Shown in pieces: positions 17,201 through 40,874 of a DNA stretch of 47,761 nt. A program made the position numbers and the translations under genes. Position 1 is the first letter of the stretch, and every line of letters begins with the position of its first letter. The DNA lies in NCBI GenBank assembly GCA_040005235.1, contig JBDTZG010000043.1:1-47761 (forward strand), written 5' to 3'. This DNA comes from Acidobacteriota bacterium (GTDB lineage: Bacteria; Acidobacteriota; Thermoanaerobaculia; Multivoradales; UBA5704). The notes beneath the pieces are model-generated. The model was given only the letters and a program-made list of their open reading frames with translations. It did no database searches and was not told the DNA's origin.

Positions 17201-20200
17201 TCGGCGCGCACCAGCGCCACGCGCAGAAGCGGCCCGCGCGCGAGATCGAACGGCCGCACCGCGGCCTCGTGCGCGATCCGCCGCTCCTCAAATTCGGCCC
17301 TGCGACCGAGCGCCGCAAGGTCGATCGAAGGCAACCGGAAACGTCCCGCCGGGGCGATCACCTGCACCGTCCGGCCGTCCGCCGCGACGTCGAATGTGGT
17401 GCGTAGCGCCTCGTGCCGCGACACCACCACGCCGAGCGCTGCGCCGAACGCGTGGGGATGTAGCGGCCCGCAGCAACGGATCGCGAGCGGCAGGTTGTAC
17501 ACCGCCCCGCCCGGTGCCATCCGGTCGAGGAACCAGAGGCGCTCCTGGCCGAACGAGAGCGGCAACGGGCCGCCGCGATCGATGCTTGAGAGGAGCCGCC
17601 GGGCGCCAGAGGCTCCTGGCGGGTCGTCCAGCCCCGCGTTGCCGGCCGCCGCGTCGAGCGCCGCAGCGAATCGGGCGAGGGTCGGGAACTGGAAGAACGA
17701 GCGCACCGGCACCGGCTTGTCGAGCAGATGGGCCAGCCGGTGCGCCACCTGGGCCGCGAGCAGCGAATGGCCGCCGAGGTCGAAGAACGAATCGTCCGCG
17801 CCGATCGGAGCGGCGTCCTGGTCGATGCCGAGCACCTCGGCCCAGACGTCGGCGACCAAGAATTCCGTGGTGGTGGACGGCGGCATCCAGAGCCCGCCGC
17901 CGCTTGAGGCGCCCGCATCGGGCGCCGGCAGCGCCGCGCGGTCCAGCTTGCCGTTGGTATTTCTCGGCAGGGCGGGCAGCAGCACGAACGCGCCAGGCAC
18001 GAACGCCTCGGGCAGCGCCGCGGCGAGAAACTCGCGCAGCTCGGCGGTAGAAGGCGCGGGCTCCGGCCCGGCGGAGACGACATAGGCCACCAGGCGCGTG
18101 CTCTTTTCATCCGCACCCCCTGGAATCGCCGGGCCGTCGTTGCGCGCGACGACCGCCGCCTCGGCCACCTGAGGGTGGCGCCTTAGCGCGTCTTCGATCT
18201 CGCCCGGTTCGATCCGCACGCCGCGAACCTTGACCTGGAAGTCCAGGCGGCCCTGGTATTCGACCGCGCCTTCGGCCAAGCGGCGGACCCGGTCTCCGGT
18301 CCGATAGAGCCGGCTGCCCGGCGCGCCGTAAGGGTCGGGTACGAAGCGCTCTGCCGTAAGCGACGGCCGCCCCAGGTAGCCGCGCGCCAGTTGCACGCCG
18401 CTCAGGTACAGCTCGCCGGAGACGCCGACCGGCGCCGGGTAGAACGACCGGTCGAGCACATGCACCGCGGTATTGGCGACCGGAAAACCGATCGGCACTT
18501 TAGGGACAGGACCGGTCGGCGGGCAGGGCCAGAACGTGACGTCCACCGAGGCCTCGGTCGGACCGTAAAGGTTGTGCAGCTCCACTCCTAGAAACCGCCG
18601 CCGGAACCGCTCGACCAGATCCGGGGCGAGCGCCTCGCCGCTGCATATCACCCGCTTAAGCGACGGGAACGCGCCAAGATCGGGCGCATCGAGAAAGTCG
18701 CGGAGCAACGACGGCACGAAGTGCAGCGTCGTGATCTTTTGCTCGCGAATCGTCGCCGCGAGATAGGAGGGATCGCGGTGCCCCTCGGGCTTCGCCACCA
18801 CCAGGCAGGCGCCGACGGCCAACGGCCAGAACAGCTCCCAGACCGACACGTCGAAGCTGAACGGGGTCTTTTGCAGCACTCGGTCTTCGGCGCCGAGCCG
18901 GTAGGCCGACTGCATCCAGAGCAGCCGGTTGCGAATGCCCGCGTGCGGCACCATCGCGCCCTTCGGCCGGCCGGTCGAGCCGGAGGTATAGATCACGTAA
19001 GCGAGGTTCGCGCCGTCGATTCGGCTCGGCGGCGGCAGGGTGGCCGAGTTCGGGGCGCCCGGGGCGAGCAGCTCCGTGCGGCTGCCCGCGGGCAGCGAGG
19101 CGGCGAGATCGGCCCGGCTCAACACCGCGGCGGGGCGCGCGTCCGCGAGGAGAAAGGCCAGTCGCTCCTCTGGGTAGGTCGGCTCCAAGGGCAGATAAGC
19201 CGCCCCGGCCGCGAGCACGCCGTAGAGCGCCACCACCATCTCCAACGAGCGATCCAGCAGCACCCCGACGACCGCGTCTTGCCGGACCCCCAGGCGCCGC
19301 AACCGCCAGGCGAGCGCGTTCGCTCGGAGTGCCAGCTCGCGGTAGGTCAGGCGCTCCTCGGAAAAGACCACCGCGGGGGCGTCGGGCGTACGCTCGCACT
19401 GCGCCGCGAACAGTTCGTAAAGGTTTCCATGGGCGCCCCCGGGCCAGCGCACCGCGGTGTCGTTCCATTCCGTGACGATCTGATGGCGCTCGCTCGGGGC
19501 GATCAGCTCCAGCTCGGAAAGCGGGCGCTCCGGCGCCGCGATCCCCGCCGCGATCAGCGCTTCGAGCCCGCGCTGCAAGCGCGCCACGGTCGCCGCCTCG
19601 AACACGTCGAAGTTCCACTCCAGGCGGCCGCGGATGTCGTCCGGCCATTCGTACAGGCCCCACAGCAGGTCGAACCGGCTGTTGCCGTCGTGGACCTCGA
19701 TCGCCTCGAACTTGAGGTCGGGCAACTCTTCGGTGGTGAAACTCTTGTCGAGCAGCAATGCGGCCACCTGAATGATCGGCGCGCGCCCGGTCGTCCGCTC
19801 CGGCTCCAGGGCATCGACCAGGCGGGTGAACGGCACGTCTTGATAGTCGAACGCGTCGGTTCCCGAGCGGCGGGTCCGCGTCACCAGCTCGACGAACGAC
19901 GGATCCGCCGAGAGATCGATCGGAATCGCCAGCTGGGTGATGAAGAAGCCGAAGATCTGTTCGAGCTCGGGCTGGGTGCGGTTGGCGCTTGGCGTGCCGA
20001 TGATCAACCGCTCCTGGCCCGAGAACCGGTGCAGCACCGCCGCGATCCCGGCGACCAGGACCATGAACGAGGTCGCTCCGGCGCGGCGCCCGAGCTGGCG
20101 CCAGGCCTCGGGCGCCGCGCTGCCGAAACCAACCTCATGGCGCCCGCCGCGCAGCGATTGGACCGGCGGCCACGGACGATCCGCGGGCAGATCGACGAAC

Positions 20201-23200
20201 AGCGGCACGCCATCGAGCGCCTGGCGCCAATGGGCGAGCAGCCGATCGAGCGCCTCGCCTCGCAGCCAATCGCGCTGCCAGAGCACGAAGTCGGGATACT
20301 GAACCGGCGGCTCGCGCAGCGGCGAGGGGAGGCCGCGGCGATAGGCGTCGTAGATCGCCGCCAGCTCCTTCCAGAAATACTGGAAGGTGATCCAATCGGT
20401 CACCGTGTGATGGACGGTGAGCAGGCAGATGTGATCGCGCGGCGCAAGTCGCAGCAGCTGCAGTCGCGCGAGCGGCCCGCGGTCGAGCGCGAAAGGGGTC
20501 CGGCTGTCGATCAGCTGAATGCGCAGCGCGGTCGCCTCGCCCGCCGGACCCGGCAGCGCCGAGAGGTCGATCGCGGGCATCAGCACCGGCGCCCAGGGCA
20601 GCACGCGCTGGACGACGACGCCGTCTTCTTCCGGAAAGAAGGTGCGCCAGGCGGCGTGGCGGCGGAAGATCTCCTGAGCCGCGGCGTAGAGCGCCGACAG
20701 GTCGACCACGCCGCGCATCCGCGCTCCGAGGTCGATGTTGTAGGCGGTGCCCCCGGGCTCCAGCTGATCGAGAAACCAGAGCCGTTCCTGGTCGAACGAC
20801 AAGGGCCAGTCGCCCGCGCCGTCTTGCGGCGTCACGCGGACGATCCGCGGCGGGGTCGGCGGGCCGGTCGGCTCTTCGGCGCCGAGCCGTTCGCCGTCGA
20901 TCCGCGCCCCGAGCGCCGCGACGGTCGGCGCGTCGAAGATGGCGGTGATCGGCAGCTCGAAGTCGAGCCGGGTACGCACCGCGGTCGCGAGCTGGATCGC
21001 CAAGAGCGAATGGCCGCCGAGCGCCAGGAAGTCGTCGTCCCTGCCGATCTCCGCGATGCCGAACAGCTCCGACCAGACGCCCGCGAGCGCCGTTTCGGTC
21101 GGGCTCCGCGGCGCGACGTACGGCGTCGCGAGGAGCCGTGCCGCCCGCTCGCCCGCCGGCTGGACGCCGAACGTAGCCAAGCGGCTGAGCGCGGCGGCAT
21201 CGACCGTCGCATCGTCGCGTAGCACGGTGGCAAAGTCGCGCGCCGAAACCACCAGCGACGGCACCCCGGCCGCGAGCAGGCGGATGAACGCCTCCGCGCT
21301 CTCGCCGGGCGGCGTCGCCACCGGGCTCAAAGGGCTGAGATCACCGCCGGCCGAACCGGTCAGCTGGCCGACCCCGGCCGCGAGCCAACCGCCCCACTGG
21401 TACGGATCCCAGAGCGGCGCGAACGCCCGCCGGCCGGAAGCCGCAAGCTGCTCGGCGAGGCACGCCTGGAAAGCGCCCGCGGCGGCCAATTCGAGCTGGC
21501 CGAAACTGCCGGTGGCACCTAGATTCGAAGGGAAGAACGCGAGGAACGCTTGGCGGTCGTCGTCCAGCAGATTCGCCCAACGGCGCGCCGCCGTGAAATC
21601 GGGCGCGAGTGCCCCGGCGAGCGCGCCGGGCTCCAAAAGCGCCGCGAGGCCGCCACCCGCACCGCTCGCGGTGTGGCAGACCCCGGCCAACCGGCCGAAC
21701 CGCGCCCGCGCGAGTTTCAGCGCGCGTTCCGGCTCGTCGGTCGAGCCGCGCCAGATCTCGGTCGCGCGCGAGGCGGCGAGCAGCGCGCGGGCGGCGGCCT
21801 CCTCGCCCGATCCCACGGCCCCCCTCGCGATCGCCTCCCACTCCCCTTCCGCCGGAAAATCCGGCGGCAGCAGCAGCGCGAGCCGCGCTCCGCGCAGGGC
21901 CAGCGCCTCGGCGAGCGCCGGCCCGACGCCATTCGCCGCGTCGGTGATCAGGATCGGCGCACCCGGCGCAAACGCCGCCGGGGGTTCGCGGCGCTCTAGG
22001 CGGACCGGCTGCCATACACGTACCCAGCGCGAACGACCGCGCCGGGCGATCAGGTCGGCCGCCCGGTCGGCCGGCGCGAGCGCCTCGGCCAGCAGGGCGT
22101 CGAGCGACGCTTCTACGGAAATGTCCGCCGCGAGGTCGAGAGCGCGCACCGCCCCGTGCGGCAGCTCGCGGCCGACGACGCGGAACGCCGCGGCGAGCGC
22201 CGCAAACTCCGGATCGCGCGGCTCCTCATCGGTTACCGCGAGCAGGCCGGACCCCACCAGCAGCAGATCCACCGGCAGCGCGCCGAGCGCATGGGCGAGA
22301 CGGCACAGCGCACCCAGCTCGCCGGCCACGTCGGGCGCGCCGAATCCGCCGAGCACGACGATCCGTCGAGGCGCCCGCTCCTCGATCAGCTCGACCCAAG
22401 GTTCGAGACGCAGCGGCTCCTCCGGTCGCACGATCGAGACTTCGGCCCCCGCCTGTTCCAAGCGCTGCGCGAGGGGCTCGGCGAGATCTTCGAAACCTCC
22501 CCCAGCCACCACCAACCAGGGCCCCGAGGCGGCCAGATCGGCGGGCGTGGGCACGTCCGGCGCGAGCGTTCGAGAGAGATCGGGCAGCGAGAACCATTCG
22601 GCGACGTCTCTTTTTTCGCCGATGCCCCCGGTCGCCACAGGGCGGACGAAACCGAGCGCGCCGTCTTTCGGCGCGTCGATCCAGTAGCGCTGCCGTTCGA
22701 ACGGATAGCTCGGCAGATCGACGATCCGCCGTCGCTCGCCGGCCCAAAGCGCCGAGGGCTCGAACGCGGCGCCGAGTGTCCAGAGCCGGGCGACCGCGCC
22801 GAGCAGCGGCGAGAAATCCGAGCCCCCTTCGCTCGCCCGCCGGACCGTCGAGATCGCGACCAGCTCGGCGGTCGCCGCCGGATGTTGGCGCGCGAGCGCG
22901 CCGAGCGTCGCCCCCGGCCCGACCTCGACGAGGATGCGCCGTGGCTCGACGAGCAGCTCACCGAGGGACTCGGCGAAGCGCACGGTGCCGGTCATGTGGC
23001 GCGACCAGTAGGCGGGGTCGGCGAGATCCTCCGGGCCGATCCAGGAGCCGGAAACGTTCGAAAGGCGCGGGATCTCCGGTTCCGTGGAATCGAGCCCGCG
23101 CACCAGCTCGGTCAGCCGATCGCCGAGCGGCGCCAGCGCCGGGGAATGGAACGCATGCGTGGTCGAGACCGGCAGGCAGGCGACCCCGTTTTCGGCGAGC

Positions 23201-25470
23201 CGGCGACCCGCCTCCGCGATCTCATCCGGCGGCCCCGAAAGCACCGAGAGATGCGGCCCGTTGGTGGCGGCGAGGGCGACCGACTCGGAAAGGTAGGGCG
23301 CCGCCTCCGCCGCGGGGAGCGGCACCGCGAGCATCGATCCAGCGGGCAGCTCGGCGATCCACCGCGCTCGTGTGGCGACCAGGCGCGCGGCGGCGGCGAG
23401 CGGCAGCGCACCCGAGACGTAGGCCGCCGACAGCTCGCCGAGGCTGTAGCCGACCAGGGCGGAAGCCTTCACGCCCCAGCGCTCGAGCAGCCGCGCAAGC
23501 GCCACCTCGACCGCGAACAGCGCGGGCTGAGCCCGTTCAGTTGGCGCGAGATCGCCGGCGGGCTCCGCTCCGCCGCGACGGAGCATCGCGCGTAGATCGA
23601 GACCTGTAGTTGACACGGCCGGAGCCGTACCGCCGAACAGCAGATCGCGAAGGTCGAATTCCAAATGGCTGCCGAGCGCCGCGGCCACCCGGTCGAATTC
23701 CTCGCGGAAGGCCGGCTCGGCGTCGTAGAGACCGCGGGCGAATCCGGGATATTGATCGCCGAGACCGGGAAACAGGAAGGCCACCGGCCGCCCGCCGTCT
23801 GAATCCGTGCCCGCCCCTTCGTCGATGGCGCCGTCGAGCCAGCGGCCCCGATCGCGCAAAGCTGCGGCGGCGGCGGCCGCGTTGGAGGCGACCACCGCCC
23901 TGCGAAATTTAAACGCCCGCCGGCCGACGGCGAGCGTCCAAGCTACGTCCGCAAGATCCGTCTCCGGGTGCGCCGCGAGGTAATCGGCCAGCCGCTCGGT
24001 CATGGTTTCGAGCGCCTGGGGGCTGTTCGCCGACAGGAACAACGGCTGGAGCGGTCGCGGCGAGGTTTCAGCCGGCAACGGCTCGGGCGCCTGTTCGAGC
24101 ACCGCGTGGACGTTCGTGCCGCCGAGCCCGAACGAACTGACCCCCGCGCGGCGCGGTCCGGCCCCGGCGGGCCAGGGCGTGGCCGAAGTCGGCACGTAGA
24201 ACGGGCTTGCGGCGAGATCGACCTCCCGGTTCGGCCGTTCGAAATGGAGCGTCGGCGGGATCGTCGCGTGCTCGATCGCGAGAGCGGCGCGCGCCAGGCC
24301 GGCCAAGCCGGCGGCGCTGTTGGCGTGGCCGAAATTCGATTTCGCCGAGCCGACGGCGCACCAGCCGGTGTCCTGCGAATCGGCGCGGAACGCCTGGGAG
24401 AGCGCCGCGATCTCGATCGGGTCGCCGATCGGCGTGGCGCTGCCGTGCGCCTCGACGAATGCGACGTCGCGCGCCGAGACCTCCGCCAGCCCGAGCGCTT
24501 CGGCGATCGCCTGCGCCTGCCCCTCGACGCTCGGAGCGGTGAACCCGACCCTTGAGGATCCGTCATTGTTGGTCGCGGTTCCCCGGATCACCGCGCGCAA
24601 CGGCCGGCCGGCGGCGCGCGCCCGATCGGCGCGTTCGAGCACCGCGACGCCAACGCCGGAGCTGGGCACCGTCCCCTCGGCGCGCGCGTCGAAGCTCCGG
24701 CAATGCCCGTCGGGCGACAGGATGTCGCCCTGCGAGTAGCGATACCCGCCGACCAGCGGCACGGCGATCGAGCTGCCGCCCGCGATCGCCACGTCGCACT
24801 CGCCCGCGAGCAGGCTCTGGCAGGCCAGGTGGACCCCGAGCAGAGCGGTCGAGCAGGCCGACTGGACGACCACCGCGGGGCCTTTCAAGTTCAGCTCGTA
24901 GGCCAGCCGGCTGGCGAGGAAATCGCGATCGTTCAAGATCATCGCCTGCAGGATGCCGCCCGACTTGAGCGCCTCGGCGTTCGGCAGGATGTTCGAGATC
25001 AGATAGCCGTCCACACCCGAGCCGACGAAGACACCGATCCGCTGCCCCTGGGCATCGAAGCGGCCGGGGTCGATCCCCGCCGCGTCGAGCGCCTCCCAGG
25101 CGACCTCCAGCAGCAGCCGGTGCTGCGGATCGGTCAGCTCCGCCTCGCGCGGCGTGAAGCCGAACAGCGCGGCATCGAAGCGGTCGGCGCCGTCGATCAT
25201 GCCCCGCGCCTTGACGTAGCTGGGATCAGCGATCTCTGCTTCGCTCACCCCTGCCGCCCGCAGCTCGTCGTCGCTCAAGCGCACGATCGTCTCCCGGCCG
25301 GCCGCGAAATTCGCCCACAGCGCCTCGACCGTGCTCGCGCCGGGGAAACGCACGGCGAAGCTCAGAATGCCGATTCCGCCCGGATCCGAATCGTCGTCGG
25401 GACGGGAGTCGAAAGCCGCGTCGCGGGCGCTCTTGGGCAGGTCGGGGGCGTCGGCCGGATTCGAATTCAT
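14284..25470 (-). CDS. Hybrid PKS-NRPS subunit 2: KS-AT(malonyl)-KR0-ACP-C-A(Ser)-T-C-A(Val-like)-T
   Basis: KS triad QSACS / EAHGS / FGHAN. AT GYSLG and HAFHS. Degenerate KR (LITDAANGVG). ACP LGGHSL. C motifs HHTVTDW and HHIVSDA. Hand-read A codes DVWHISLVDK (Ser-type) and DALWLGGTFK (Val-type). ATG at 25470 with GAGGAA RBS; stop overlaps the next ATG. Confidence 0.92.
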   Translation of the reverse strand: MNSNPADAPDLPKSARDAAFDSRPDDDSDPGGIGILSFAVRFPGASTVEALWANFAAGRETIVRLSDDELRAAGVSEAEIADPSYVKARGMIDGADRFDAALFGFTPREAELTDPQHRLLLEVAWEALDAAGIDPGRFDAQGQRIGVFVGSGVDGYLISNILPNAEALKSGGILQAMILNDRDFLASRLAYELNLKGPAVVVQSACSTALLGVHLACQSLLAGECDVAIAGGSSIAVPLVGGYRYSQGDILSPDGHCRSFDARAEGTVPSSGVGVAVLERADRARAAGRPLRAVIRGTATNNDGSSRVGFTAPSVEGQAQAIAEALGLAEVSARDVAFVEAHGSATPIGDPIEIAALSQAFRADSQDTGWCAVGSAKSNFGHANSAAGLAGLARAALAIEHATIPPTLHFERPNREVDLAASPFYVPTSATPWPAGAGPRRAGVSSFGLGGTNVHAVLEQAPEPLPAETSPRPLQPLFLSANSPQALETMTERLADYLAAHPETDLADVAWTLAVGRRAFKFRRAVVASNAAAAAAALRDRGRWLDGAIDEGAGTDSDGGRPVAFLFPGLGDQYPGFARGLYDAEPAFREEFDRVAAALGSHLEFDLRDLLFGGTAPAVSTTGLDLRAMLRRGGAEPAGDLAPTERAQPALFAVEVALARLLERWGVKASALVGYSLGELSAAYVSGALPLAAAARLVATRARWIAELPAGSMLAVPLPAAEAAPYLSESVALAATNGPHLSVLSGPPDEIAEAGRRLAENGVACLPVSTTHAFHSPALAPLGDRLTELVRGLDSTEPEIPRLSNVSGSWIGPEDLADPAYWSRHMTGTVRFAESLGELLVEPRRILVEVGPGATLGALARQHPAATAELVAISTVRRASEGGSDFSPLLGAVARLWTLGAAFEPSALWAGERRRIVDLPSYPFERQRYWIDAPKDGALGFVRPVATGGIGEKRDVAEWFSLPDLSRTLAPDVPTPADLAASGPWLVVAGGGFEDLAEPLAQRLEQAGAEVSIVRPEEPLRLEPWVELIEERAPRRIVVLGGFGAPDVAGELGALCRLAHALGALPVDLLLVGSGLLAVTDEEPRDPEFAALAAAFRVVGRELPHGAVRALDLAADISVEASLDALLAEALAPADRAADLIARRGRSRWVRVWQPVRLERREPPAAFAPGAPILITDAANGVGPALAEALALRGARLALLLPPDFPAEGEWEAIARGAVGSGEEAAARALLAASRATEIWRGSTDEPERALKLARARFGRLAGVCHTASGAGGGLAALLEPGALAGALAPDFTAARRWANLLDDDRQAFLAFFPSNLGATGSFGQLELAAAGAFQACLAEQLAASGRRAFAPLWDPYQWGGWLAAGVGQLTGSAGGDLSPLSPVATPPGESAEAFIRLLAAGVPSLVVSARDFATVLRDDATVDAAALSRLATFGVQPAGERAARLLATPYVAPRSPTETALAGVWSELFGIAEIGRDDDFLALGGHSLLAIQLATAVRTRLDFELPITAIFDAPTVAALGARIDGERLGAEEPTGPPTPPRIVRVTPQDGAGDWPLSFDQERLWFLDQLEPGGTAYNIDLGARMRGVVDLSALYAAAQEIFRRHAAWRTFFPEEDGVVVQRVLPWAPVLMPAIDLSALPGPAGEATALRIQLIDSRTPFALDRGPLARLQLLRLAPRDHICLLTVHHTVTDWITFQYFWKELAAIYDAYRRGLPSPLREPPVQYPDFVLWQRDWLRGEALDRLLAHWRQALDGVPLFVDLPADRPWPPVQSLRGGRHEVGFGSAAPEAWRQLGRRAGATSFMVLVAGIAAVLHRFSGQERLIIGTPSANRTQPELEQIFGFFITQLAIPIDLSADPSFVELVTRTRRSGTDAFDYQDVPFTRLVDALEPERTTGRAPIIQVAALLLDKSFTTEELPDLKFEAIEVHDGNSRFDLLWGLYEWPDDIRGRLEWNFDVFEAATVARLQRGLEALIAAGIAAPERPLSELELIAPSERHQIVTEWNDTAVRWPGGAHGNLYELFAAQCERTPDAPAVVFSEERLTYRELALRANALAWRLRRLGVRQDAVVGVLLDRSLEMVVALYGVLAAGAAYLPLEPTYPEERLAFLLADARPAAVLSRADLAASLPAGSRTELLAPGAPNSATLPPPSRIDGANLAYVIYTSGSTGRPKGAMVPHAGIRNRLLWMQSAYRLGAEDRVLQKTPFSFDVSVWELFWPLAVGACLVVAKPEGHRDPSYLAATIREQKITTLHFVPSLLRDFLDAPDLGAFPSLKRVICSGEALAPDLVERFRRRFLGVELHNLYGPTEASVDVTFWPCPPTGPVPKVPIGFPVANTAVHVLDRSFYPAPVGVSGELYLSGVQLARGYLGRPSLTAERFVPDPYGAPGSRLYRTGDRVRRLAEGAVEYQGRLDFQVKVRGVRIEPGEIEDALRRHPQVAEAAVVARNDGPAIPGGADEKSTRLVAYVVSAGPEPAPSTAELREFLAAALPEAFVPGAFVLLPALPRNTNGKLDRAALPAPDAGASSGGGLWMPPSTTTEFLVADVWAEVLGIDQDAAPIGADDSFFDLGGHSLLAAQVAHRLAHLLDKPVPVRSFFQFPTLARFAAALDAAAGNAGLDDPPGASGARRLLSSIDRGGPLPLSFGQERLWFLDRMAPGGAVYNLPLAIRCCGPLHPHAFGAALGVVVSRHEALRTTFDVAADGRTVQVIAPAGRFRLPSIDLAALGRRAEFEERRIAHEAAVRPFDLARGPLLRVALVRAEPELHLFLLVMHHIVSDAWSMGVLVREATAVYRALVAGRTSWELPALPIQYPDFAAWQRGWLQGPELERQVGHFRSRLGDAPEALDLPTDRPRPALQSLVGAALRIDLPEDLSASAFAFARAEGATDFMLVFAAWAAVLARWAGVRDLVLGTTIANRDAAELEGLIGFFINTLPLRIDASGDPTFAQLLARVRAEALDGYAHRDVPFEKLVEELKPARDRSRPPIVQAVLTWQNAAIPEADLGALHLSPQPADSGTSKFDLTVVAGRDAGRIRGLFEYATALFEEATIHRVVERLADFLAAAVADRNVRLSALPLLAEPERRVLLVERNQTATAFPRDASIAQLFAEQVLETPDSIAIEGEAEGDEAGASLAISYGELGRRAMKLARRLAGLGVSLEMPIAILAERAPETLVGILGILAAGGCYVPIDPTYPPERQALLLEDCGAAILLGRRAALDELPSSVASLAAVQMPLDADAEGGFFAALDGRPERPSADSLAYVMYTSGSTGRPKGVWVTHRNVIRLVRDTDYIRFGTGDVFLLFAPIAFDASTLEIWGPLLNGGRIALAPSGPLSPAEIKRTLARFQVTTLWLTAGLFHPMADYGFAGLPALSQLLAGGDALSPGPVRQAVADLAPGRLIDGYGPTEGTTFTCCFGVGDPAEVPDPMPIGRPISNARVYVLDADLEPVVAGAWGELYAGGEGIARGYLRRPDLTAERFVPDPFADSLDRSGGRLYRTGDVVRWNREGVLEFQGRRDGQVKIRGFRIELGEVESALLADARVREAVAIVREDRPGDRRLVAYVALRDDALNLDKLRHLGVSGRAGQSEEEIARDVLVRLAARLPEPFVPGAIVVLDALPLTANGKLDRRALPAPDVAVASGHVEPASELEAQIATVAAEVLGLARVGMRDNFFDLGGHSLLATRFVAELEARAGVAVPLQEVFDARDLGDLADRIVVRELAALDDGMFAELLAEEVR

Positions 25471-25495
25471 AAGTTCCTCGGTATCTATAGTGCAG

Positions 25496-39175
<13,680 letters not shown>

Positions 39176-39334
39176 CGATTCGACGGAACCGGTATTTCGT
39201 TCGGCGACGGCTTGCGCGGCGAACGCGCGGAGTGGGAAGAGTCTTTCGGCACTTTCAGTCGTCCGGCGCGGCCGAGGGTGCGAACAGGGAGCACCCGGGA
39301 TACGCGGTCAAACAAAGAGTGCCCACAAGGCCGA

Positions 39335-39994
39335 TTAGGGGGACTCCGAGAACACCTTTTCGCTCAGCCAGCGCTCCAGCATCCGCAACGCTTCGGGGCG
39401 GATCTCGTGAGCCATCGGGAACTCCCGATAGAGCAGCCGGACCCCGAATTCGCGCAGCCGCTCGCGGCTTTCGCGGGCGCGCTCGACCTCGATCATCCGG
39501 TCCTCCGTGCCGTGAAACATCAGCACCGGCAGACTCTCATGCTCCGGCAGCTTCGGCAGATCGACGCTAAGCGGCTCGGGAAGCCAGGTCGAAAGCGCCG
39601 CGATGCCGCGAAACCGCCCGGGCTCGCGCAGGCCCAGCTCGAACGCCATCAGCCCCCCCTGGCTGAACCCGCCGACCGCCAACCGCTGCTTGTCCACCGG
39701 ATACCTCTCGACCGCCTCGTCCAGCCACCCCCGCAGCTCCGCCGACCGCTCCCGGAACTCCGCTACGTTCGGCGGCTGGCCGGGCACCAGCTGAAACCAG
39801 CCGTAGCCGGACATCCCCGGGCCGACCTGCATCTTCACCTGGCCCTGCGGGCAGAGCACGATCGCCTCACCATTCTGAACGTGAGGCGCCAACCCCAGTA
39901 GATCGTGCGCGCTCGCCCCCCAGCCATGGCAGAGCACAAGGGTGGGAAACGGGCCGTCGCCCGCGGGAACGTGTGCGGTGTGGAGAAGTTTCAT
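39335..39994 (-). CDS. Phospholipase/carboxylesterase (alpha/beta hydrolase, Abhydrolase_2-like)
   Basis: LCHGWGA, GFSQGG nucleophile, HGTEDRMI, MAHEI; co-oriented just upstream of the NRPS. Confidence 0.9.
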   Translation of the reverse strand: MKLLHTAHVPAGDGPFPTLVLCHGWGASAHDLLGLAPHVQNGEAIVLCPQGQVKMQVGPGMSGYGWFQLVPGQPPNVAEFRERSAELRGWLDEAVERYPVDKQRLAVGGFSQGGLMAFELGLREPGRFRGIAALSTWLPEPLSVDLPKLPEHESLPVLMFHGTEDRMIEVERARESRERLREFGVRLLYREFPMAHEIRPEALRMLERWLSEKVFSESP

Positions 39995-40056
39995 GGGGGC
40001 GGAGGATAGCAGGCGCCCAAGAATTAACCTCCTCCCGGGTGAAGGGCTCCCGCAAA

Positions 40057-40110
40057 TTTGGAGTGCGGCGACAAGTCGCCGCTTTCAGAGTGCCGACGCG
40101 TCGGCGCTCT
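40057..40110. repeat. Extragenic REP-like palindromes
   Basis: TTTGGAGTGCGGCGAC-AA-GTCGCCGC-TTT followed by a second hairpin AGAGTGCCGACGCGTCGGCGCTCT. Confidence 0.65.
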
Positions 40111-40173
40111 CGTAGAGGAAACGGCGAGCCCAAGAAAGCGGGCGTTAAGTCTGGCGGTAGGCGACAATCGAAT

Positions 40174-40233
40174 TTAGTCGATCACGTTGACCACGATCCG
40201 AAGCTTCGGGTCTTGCCCGCTGAATCGCAGGAG
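40174..40233 (-). pseudogene. 3'-end fragment of a paralog of the adjacent hypothetical gene
   Basis: Encodes FSGQDPKLRIVVNVID*, paralleling the neighbour's C-terminus ANGSAPKLRITVDIQE*. Confidence 0.55.
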
Positions 40234-40240
40234 CCGCGTT

Positions 40241-40765
40241 CTACTCCTGAATATCCACCGTGATCCGTAATTTCGGCGCCGACCCGTTCGCGAATAGCTC
40301 CGTCCATCGAGTAACTGGGATTTTGAACTCCGCCTTCGGCGGAACGTAACTGCGGGACCAAGCGCCAAGGGTCAGATTGTTCCAGAACCTATGGCCTACC
40401 TCTTTGCCTTGCGAATCGATGAGCGCAACGGTGAGGTCGATATCCTGGAGAGGCCACTCGCTGACGAGCGTCAAGGACGCCTCGATCGCAACTTCGGTCG
40501 GAGACTCCGCAATCTTCTTGACCGTCAACATCCGAACGCGAGCTTGATCGCAGACGTAACGATCTGTCTCCGGGTAGGCCCGCGCCTTCCCAAGCGGTTG
40601 GCGGTCGAACGGCTCTCGAGCCTGCCCCTTTGGATCGACGTCAGCCCCGAGCGAAACCTCGATCGCCATTGGGTCGGCCACCTCGGTGCGGGTTCCTCCA
40701 GCGACCGTACCGGCGGTGACCTGGGCGAGGGTTAAGACGGTTCCGACCAAGAGTCCAACCATCAC
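40241..40765 (-). CDS. Hypothetical exported protein
   Basis: 174 aa, hydrophobic N-terminus, AAGGAG RBS, visibly less GC-rich than neighbours; no recognised motif. Confidence 0.7.
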   Translation of the reverse strand: MMVGLLVGTVLTLAQVTAGTVAGGTRTEVADPMAIEVSLGADVDPKGQAREPFDRQPLGKARAYPETDRYVCDQARVRMLTVKKIAESPTEVAIEASLTLVSEWPLQDIDLTVALIDSQGKEVGHRFWNNLTLGAWSRSYVPPKAEFKIPVTRWTELFANGSAPKLRITVDIQE

Positions 40766-40874
40766 CAGCTCCTTCCCGCAGCTCAGATTGCGGACGATCT
40801 TACTTCTTTGCTTGCTGACAGGTCGAATTCTGTCCTTTGCGGAGAAATCCGTCTTCCGGGGAAGGCTGCCCCCC

